The translations under genes and the position numbers were made by a program. DNA of 64,000 nucleotides, from positions 19,406,001 through 19,470,000 of the forward strand of contig NC_043021.1 in assembly GCF_006345805.1 (NCBI RefSeq), written 5' to 3'. The notes beneath the pieces are model-generated. The model saw only the letters and a list, made by a program, of their open reading frames with translations, did not search any database and was not told where the DNA came from. The number at the start of each line of letters is the position of its first letter. Within the stretch, counting starts at the first letter, position 1. The stretch comes from Octopus sinensis (lineage: Eukaryota). Below are positions 61,930 to 64,000 of this stretch, piece by piece.

Positions 61930-63375
61930 AGTGTGTTTGTGTGTCTGTGTTTGTCCCCCTAGCATTGCTTGACAACCGATGCTGGTGTGTTTATGTCCCC
62001 GTCATTTAGCGGTTCGGCATAAGAGACCGATAGAACAAGTACTGAGCTTACAAAGAATACGTCCCGGGGTCGATTTGCTTGACTAAAGGCAGTGCTCCAG
62101 CATGGCCGCAGTCAAATGACTGAAACAAGTAAAAGAGATAAAAGAGGCTGTTCCATTGATCAGACCCACTGGAACCCTTTTCATCATAACCAACGGAGTT
62201 CCGGTTCTGTTCTTTCCTTACGGAAAGTCTCAACAAGGGTGTTGGGTTGAGGACTTGAAAATTTTCAACTTAAATTTTATCAGGGTTATCTATGTATGAA
62301 ATTAACCATATCTTGATTAACTGAGCATGAAGTTAACCCTGTGCAGGTTAGCTTATGAAGTTAGCCTTATCAGGGTTAACTGAGAATGAGATTAACCCTA
62401 TTAGGGTTAATTTAAAATAAAGTTATTAACCCTACTAGTGTTAGCTTAATATGAGGATGTTGACCATTGTTACCCCTATCAGGATTAATAGAATGAAGTT
62501 GTTGACCCCCTTGGGGTTATCTAAGTATGATATTAACCCTATTAGGGTTATCTTAGTATGACATTAACCCTGTTAGAGTTATCTTAGTATGAAGTTAACC
62601 CTATCAGAATTAACTTATTATGAGGTTAGCCATATCTAGGTTACCTTAGTATGAGCTTAGCCATATTTGGGTTAACTTATGAGGTTAGCCATATTTGGGT
62701 TAATTTAGTATGATCTTGGCCATATCTGAGTTAACCTAGTATGAGGTTAGCCATAACTAGATTAACTTAGTATGAAGTTAGCCATATCTGGTTTAACTTA
62801 GGATGAGGTTAGCTACATCTGGGTTAACTTAGAATGAGATTAGCCACATCTGGGTTAACTTAGAATGAGGTTAGCTACATCTGGGTTAACTTAGAATGAG
62901 GTTAGCTACATCTGGGTTAACTTAGAATGAGGTTAGTTACATCTGGGTTAACTTAGAATGAGGTTAGCCACATCTGGGTTAACTTAGAATTAGGTTAGCC
63001 ACATCTGGGTTAACTTAGTATAAGTTGTTAACCCTAAGGTTAACAGCCTTATCCCTTTCCATTACTCTTTCCTCCTTGCCCAGGATCATCAATTCTCTGA
63101 ATCAAAACGAGCGAGGCCTATTTAAGGAGCGCATCAAGTTTTTGGACAAGAAAATTTCCCCGGGCCTCAGCAAGCTGACCTGGAATTCCAAAGGAACGAC
63201 TGATTCCTTCATCACAGATTGCCGAAACACCGCCGAGAAGATCCAACAGAAGATTGATTGTTTCAAGGCTGACAACTTGAAGATTGCAATGAGTTGCGTG
63301 CAGATCAGTGAGATGTTGCTCACGGACATCGACTCTCGGAAGATTTACAAAGAATTAGAATTCGGTGATCATCAG
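20680..63375 (+). CDS. DNAH2: Axonemal dynein heavy chain 2 orthologue, 15 coding exons, 3'-partial (N-terminal tail / DHC_N1 region, 879 codons in window)
   Basis: Exon lengths 169+98+355+165+239+192+138+108+206+130+183+132+83+147+292 = 2637 nt, phases compatible at every junction, no stops. Motifs recognisable against human DNAH2: WPDSIKNDF, LTDTHWKLEDKTVLYIP, TSMIHWARQIKE, GPLDEIEFWKNRCADLSGIS, SIFAQIDAFMQRCKDLLEVC, FKERIKFLDKKISPGL. Confidence 0.95.
20908..21740. repeat. Head-to-head inverted pair of the (ATG)n-tailed retroposon immediately after coding exon 1
   Basis: About 20908-21365 on - and about 21410-21740 on +. Confidence 0.85.
22030..22248 (+). mobile_element. hAT-type MITE (CAGTGGTTTTCAAC TIR), TSD gtctagaa
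   Basis: Perfect 8-bp TSD at 22022-22029 and 22249-22256. Confidence 0.92.
23181..23588 (+). mobile_element. tRNA-derived SINE family 1 nested in mariner relic
   Basis: Full-length; possible TSD tttataag at 23166-23173 and 23591-23598. Confidence 0.9.
23876..24281 (+). mobile_element. Non-autonomous DNA element, TIR GGATCTTTTCGGTTTGAA(C/T)GGCAGTTTTT, 8-bp TSD ataaattg
   Basis: TIRs at both ends; TSD at 23868-23875 and 24282-24289. Superfamily (hAT, Merlin or MULE) not resolvable here. Confidence 0.88.
24357..24454 (+). CDS. DNAH2: DNAH2 coding exon 2 (PVRQSLKPFIDTPDVKHEINFETVQLEEPALSV)
   Basis: Acceptor tttatttcttaacag, donor GTG|gtaagt; 98 nt, phase 1 to 0, open; exactly bridges exon 1 and exon 3. 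Confidence 0.7.
24894..24952. repeat. (CA)n microsatellite
   Basis: About 29 uninterrupted CA units. Confidence 0.97.
25002..25956. mobile_element. RTE-clade LINE insertion with inverted 5' segment (RT core on -, 25002-25522; 3' end on +, 25523-25956)
   Basis: YRGISLMSIAAK, FVDFSKAFDSV, GILQGDTLAPFLF on -; ILLYGSETWTL..DGTYTR on +; flanks aaaccactcca (24991-25001) and aaaccattcca (25957-25967). Confidence 0.85.
28100..28700. repeat. Minisatellite, 78-82-bp unit x ~6, in TG-rich background
   Basis: caccctggtgcaag at 28161, 28241, 28319, 28397, 28477 and 28559. Confidence 0.93.
28960..29232. repeat. Degenerate (ACC)n trinucleotide repeat
   Basis: Visible directly; followed by a CT-rich tract at 29360-29565. 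Confidence 0.95.
29585..30840 (+). repeat. Near-identical tandem duplication, period ~636 bp, bounded by (TA)n, containing a Penelope-like terminal motif
   Basis: gtagaataataaagag at 29607 and 30243; the units differ essentially only in TA-tract length. Confidence 0.92.
30847..31125 (+). mobile_element. Helitron-like element, 5' part
   Basis: Same family as 11537-11937. Confidence 0.7.
31620..31872 (+). mobile_element. Second Helitron-like 3' end (hairpin GGCAGAtaaaaTCTGCC + TATAATAAGAGAT); inverted copy at 33219-33465
   Basis: Hairpin at 31840-31856; near-identical reverse complement ~1.4 kb away. Confidence 0.6.
31872..32280 (+). mobile_element. tRNA-derived SINE family 1
   Basis: Full-length copy. 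Confidence 0.9.
32560..32902 (+). mobile_element. CR1-clade LINE 3' end (second family) with (TAAC)n tail
   Basis: LRGHSEKLYLQRFHLNQRRGAFSVRVADPWNKLPDEMVKMPSTAQFKVSLD, stop at 32808-32810, tail 32878-32902. Confidence 0.85.
33999..34395 (-). mobile_element. Helitron-like element, full copy
   Basis: Reverse complement of the 11537-11937 family. Confidence 0.72.
34395..34752. repeat. Older imperfect AT-rich palindrome, ~165-bp arms
   Basis: aattacaccatcta / tagatggtgtaatt and attaagtaaattgcaaaa / ttttgcaatttacttaat pairs. Confidence 0.8.
35281..35684 (-). mobile_element. tRNA-derived SINE family 1
   Basis: Full-length copy. Confidence 0.9.
36065..36292 (-). mobile_element. tRNA-derived SINE family 2
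   Basis: Full-length, upstream of exon 3. Confidence 0.88.
36438..36792 (+). CDS. DNAH2: DNAH2 coding exon 3 (YEMIKKRV...FFENTTWPD)
   Basis: Long T-tract plus ccag acceptor; aligns to human FAQDPTESILTIFID...LLRLLGGVFAPQIFANTGWPE. The 3' end is fixed by homology and by a U12-type donor motif. Confidence 0.92.
36793..38502 (+). other. U12-type (minor spliceosome) intron with non-canonical TT donor
   Basis: 5' end TTATCCTTTT versus consensus RTATCCTTT; branch site TCCTTAAC at 38483-38490, 12 nt before the terminal AG (38501-38502) end. Confidence 0.85.
37760..38175 (+). mobile_element. Unclassified (AAT)n-tailed retroposon 3' end; second copy at about 42170-42750 (-)
   Basis: Shared ...catcatgactacccgtctgataag... 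body and AAT tail. Confidence 0.75.
38503..38667 (+). CDS. DNAH2: DNAH2 coding exon 4 (SIKNDFFAQLHKFLATLTDTHWKLEDKTVLYIP...VQRLE)
   Basis: Acceptor tccttaacattttcctacag, donor A|gtaatt; 165 nt; strong similarity to SIRNHFASHLHKFLACLTDTRYKLEGHTVLYIP. Missed by the ORF track. Confidence 0.95.
38696..39346 (-). mobile_element. Second fold-back element copy, interrupted by a retroposon (38785-39101)
   Basis: Same arms and same unique end (ttacggagatgtacttgcatagcaag, reverse-complemented). Confidence 0.85.
39842..40243 (-). mobile_element. tRNA-derived SINE family 1
   Basis: Full-length copy. Confidence 0.9.
40478..41637. repeat. Diverged ~350-bp tandem repeat x ~2.3, split by a SINE
   Basis: agattggga/gtgtat..aaactgctttctgca recurs near 40480, 40835 and 41552. 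Confidence 0.75.
41104..41508 (+). mobile_element. tRNA-derived SINE family 1
   Basis: Full-length copy interrupting a ~350-bp tandem repeat. Confidence 0.9.
41740..41978 (+). CDS. DNAH2: DNAH2 coding exon 5 (TSMIHWARQIKE...KLSSQIK)
   Basis: Acceptor ttttcccttag, donor AAG|gtaact; GPLDEIEFW motif of DHC_N1. Confidence 0.96.
43834..44025 (+). CDS. DNAH2: DNAH2 coding exon 6 (EGSYQAESNLRFL...LTGLLKK)
   Basis: Acceptor after CT tract (caacag), weak donor AAG|gttctt; matches DGSRQAQSNLTFL...YNTRERLTSLFRK. Confidence 0.94.
44561..44698 (+). CDS. DNAH2: DNAH2 coding exon 7 (LSNEIIHQCCKAINLDRIFEGY...KYDM)
   Basis: Acceptor ttatttgcag, donor ATG|gtgagt; 138 nt. Confidence 0.95.
44840..45590 (-). 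repeat. Three tandem copies (~234-279 bp) of a truncated, diverged SINE family 1
   Basis: Units at about 44840, 45119 and 45353 share private variants. Confidence 0.85.
46290..46687 (-). mobile_element. Helitron-like element carrying a foreign insert (46557-46620)
   Basis: Both family ends present; the internal segment matches the 48.9-49.7-kb repeat. Confidence 0.72.
47551..47658 (+). CDS. DNAH2: DNAH2 coding exon 8 (TSALHNKFSPKGWVLDLTSIFAQIDAFMQRCKDLLE)
   Basis: Acceptor gtgtttccag, donor GAG|gtaaga; 108 nt. Confidence 0.96.
48009..48240 (+). mobile_element. tRNA-derived SINE family 2
   Basis: Full-length, followed by two inverted copies. Confidence 0.88.
48868..49710 (+). mobile_element. 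Retrozyme-like tandem repeat, ~354-bp unit x ~2.4, with degenerate hammerhead motifs
   Basis: Units start at 48872, 49227 and 49580; hammerhead-like motifs at 49105-49142 and 49455-49497. Confidence 0.7.
49780..49985 (+). CDS. DNAH2: DNAH2 coding exon 9 (VCDTQVHFARMEEGK...WHDDFN)
   Basis: Acceptor caattgtag, donor AA|gtacgg; phase 0 to 2. Confidence 0.95.
50452..50850 (+). mobile_element. tRNA-derived SINE family 1
   Basis: Near full-length copy. Confidence 0.86.
51034..51163 (+). CDS. DNAH2: DNAH2 coding exon 10 (KFRCGIKDLEVM...LCNRE)
   Basis: Acceptor ttttacaaatcag, donor GAG|gtaact; matches KFRAGIKDLEVMTQNLI. Confidence 0.95.
53105..53330 (+). mobile_element. tRNA-derived SINE family 2
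   Basis: Full-length copy. Confidence 0.88.
53560..53742 (+). CDS. DNAH2: DNAH2 coding exon 11 (NIRRTIDKK...ARIDLNMK)
   Basis: Acceptor gtatttgacag, donor AAG|gtaagc; 183 nt; matches AIKRTYDKK...QYSGKARW. Missed by the ORF track. Confidence 0.93.
53835..54221 (+). mobile_element. tRNA-derived SINE family 3 (head GGCGCAATGGCCCAGTGGTT...GGTTTCGATTCCC, tail type 2)
   Basis: Near-identical copy at 58337-58721. Confidence 0.88.
54960..55468 (-). repeat. Tandem array of SINE family 2, 184-bp period x ~2.8, followed by an inverted copy (55470-55660)
   Basis: ggctacacac at 54981, 55165 and 55349. Confidence 0.9.
56065..56196 (+). CDS. DNAH2: DNAH2 coding exon 12 (MIEKAYFL...EWNLSLDK)
   Basis: Acceptor ttgttgtttcag, donor AAG|gtaaat; 132 nt. 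Confidence 0.92.
56314..56730 (+). mobile_element. Full-length GGATC-TIR element preceded by ~80 bp of mariner 3' end
   Basis: Both TIRs present; left flank 56232-56313 matches 23810-23875; no TSD on the right. Confidence 0.85.
58181..58263 (+). CDS. DNAH2: DNAH2 coding exon 13 (DPLTYLDLPLMQKTIEEDVPVLHLNFY)
   Basis: Poly-T plus aag acceptor, donor AA|gtaggt; phase 0 to 2; positionally matches DCIRRLDTPLLR...LDVNFDK. Confidence 0.88.
58337..58721 (+). mobile_element. tRNA-derived SINE family 3
   Basis: As 53835-54221. Confidence 0.88.
59661..60070 (+). mobile_element. tRNA-derived SINE family 1
   Basis: Full-length copy. Confidence 0.9.
60149..60693. repeat. Head-to-head SINE family 2 pair forming a fold-back around a (TA)n centre
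   Basis: The non-SINE junction taaccctataaactacataca is also mirrored. Confidence 0.88.
60703..61118 (+). mobile_element. tRNA-derived SINE family 1
   Basis: Full-length, diverged copy. Confidence 0.86.
61264..61410 (+). CDS. DNAH2: DNAH2 coding exon 14 (KALLKMLSEIHYWEYLMFEIP...VVRDYNR)
   Basis: Acceptor cacttcacag, donor AG|gtgaga; phase 2 to 2. Confidence 0.95.
61722..62145 (+). mobile_element. tRNA-derived SINE family 1 nested in another SINE (61464-62200)
   Basis: The host element resumes with aggctgttcc after the insert. Confidence 0.88.
62240..63040. repeat. 31-bp hairpin-forming minisatellite (GGGTTAACTTAGAATGAGGTTAGCYACATCT) with a divergence gradient
   Basis: 31-bp period at 62821/62852; homogeneous on the right, degenerate on the left. 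Confidence 0.88.
63084..63375 (+). CDS. DNAH2: DNAH2 coding exon 15 (RIINSLNQNERGLFKERIKFLDKK...LEFGDHQ)
   Basis: Acceptor cctccttgcccag, donor CAG|gtaggc; 292 nt. Confidence 0.96.
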
Positions 63376-63489
63376 GTAGGCTAGAAATAAAATCACTCGC
63401 TATTCGCCCCTTGACTCCCCCCCACCCCACCATTATTCAGCCATTCTTCATCTCCGGTGTTTTGTCTTGAGATTCTATATTTTAAACTG

Positions 63490-63558
63490 TTTTATCTATC
63501 TATCTGTTTGTCTATTTGTTTGTAAGTCTGGTTATCTATCTATCTGTCTATCTTCCTT

Positions 63559-63589
<31 letters not shown>

Positions 63590-64000
63590 ACATAGCTATC
63601 TGTTAATCTATCTATCTATCTGTCTATATCTGTCTCCTTGTCTATCTGCCTGCTTGTCTATCTGCCTACTTGTCTGTCTGCCTACTTGTCTGTCTGCCTA
63701 CTTGTCTATCTGTCTGCTTGTCTATCTATCTGTCTATTTATCTATCCATCTATCTATCTGTTTGTCTATCTATCTATCCATCTATCTGTTTATTTATTTG
63801 TTTGTCTGACTACCTATCTATCTATCTATCTGTCTGTCTATCTATCTATCTATCTAACTATCTATCTATCTATCTGTCTGTCTGTCTGTCTGTTTGTTTG
63901 TTTGTCTATCTATCTATCTAACTATCTGTCTGTCTCTCTGTCTGTCTACCTATCTATCTGTCTATCTATCTAGCCATCTATCTATCTATCTATCTATCTA
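63490..64000. repeat. (TATC)n/(TGTC)n compound microsatellite
   Basis: Visible directly. Confidence 0.97.

Noticed and set aside
62240-63040. CRISPR-like look of ~31-bp palindromic repeats
   Set aside because: The units are contiguous with no unique spacers, and the context is a eukaryotic intron without cas genes.
63413-63430. C-run as a regulatory G-quadruplex
   Set aside because: Short and common in this genome; no independent support.

Overview
AT-rich, repeat-dense animal DNA, very probably an octopus (inferred from the tRNA-derived SINE families and the (TA)n/(CA)n/(GATA)n load). The only host gene I can support is the 5' part of an axonemal dynein heavy chain 2 orthologue (DNAH2, + strand). 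Fifteen coding exons (20680-63375) join in frame by my manual splice reconstruction into 879 codons, and the gene continues past the window end. A FOX/E-box/RFX X-box/TATA cluster at 12499-12551 with a candidate non-coding first exon is its likely promoter. The rest is SINEs, CR1- and RTE-clade LINE relics, hAT and Tc1/mariner elements, Helitron-like elements, Penelope-like termini, mini/microsatellites and several long palindromes. The most notable observations: (1) a ~354-bp tandem repeat carrying minimal type I hammerhead ribozyme motifs (retrozyme-like) in a DNAH2 intron; (2) a perfect 318-bp palindrome carrying two intact hammerhead motifs in opposite orientation; (3) a U12-type intron in DNAH2 with a textbook branch site but a TT instead of GT/AT donor; (4) an RTE insertion with a 5' inversion and a TSD-like flank; (5) a fold-back element whose two arms co-vary. 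Repeat boundaries are approximate, and no database search or folding computation was run.
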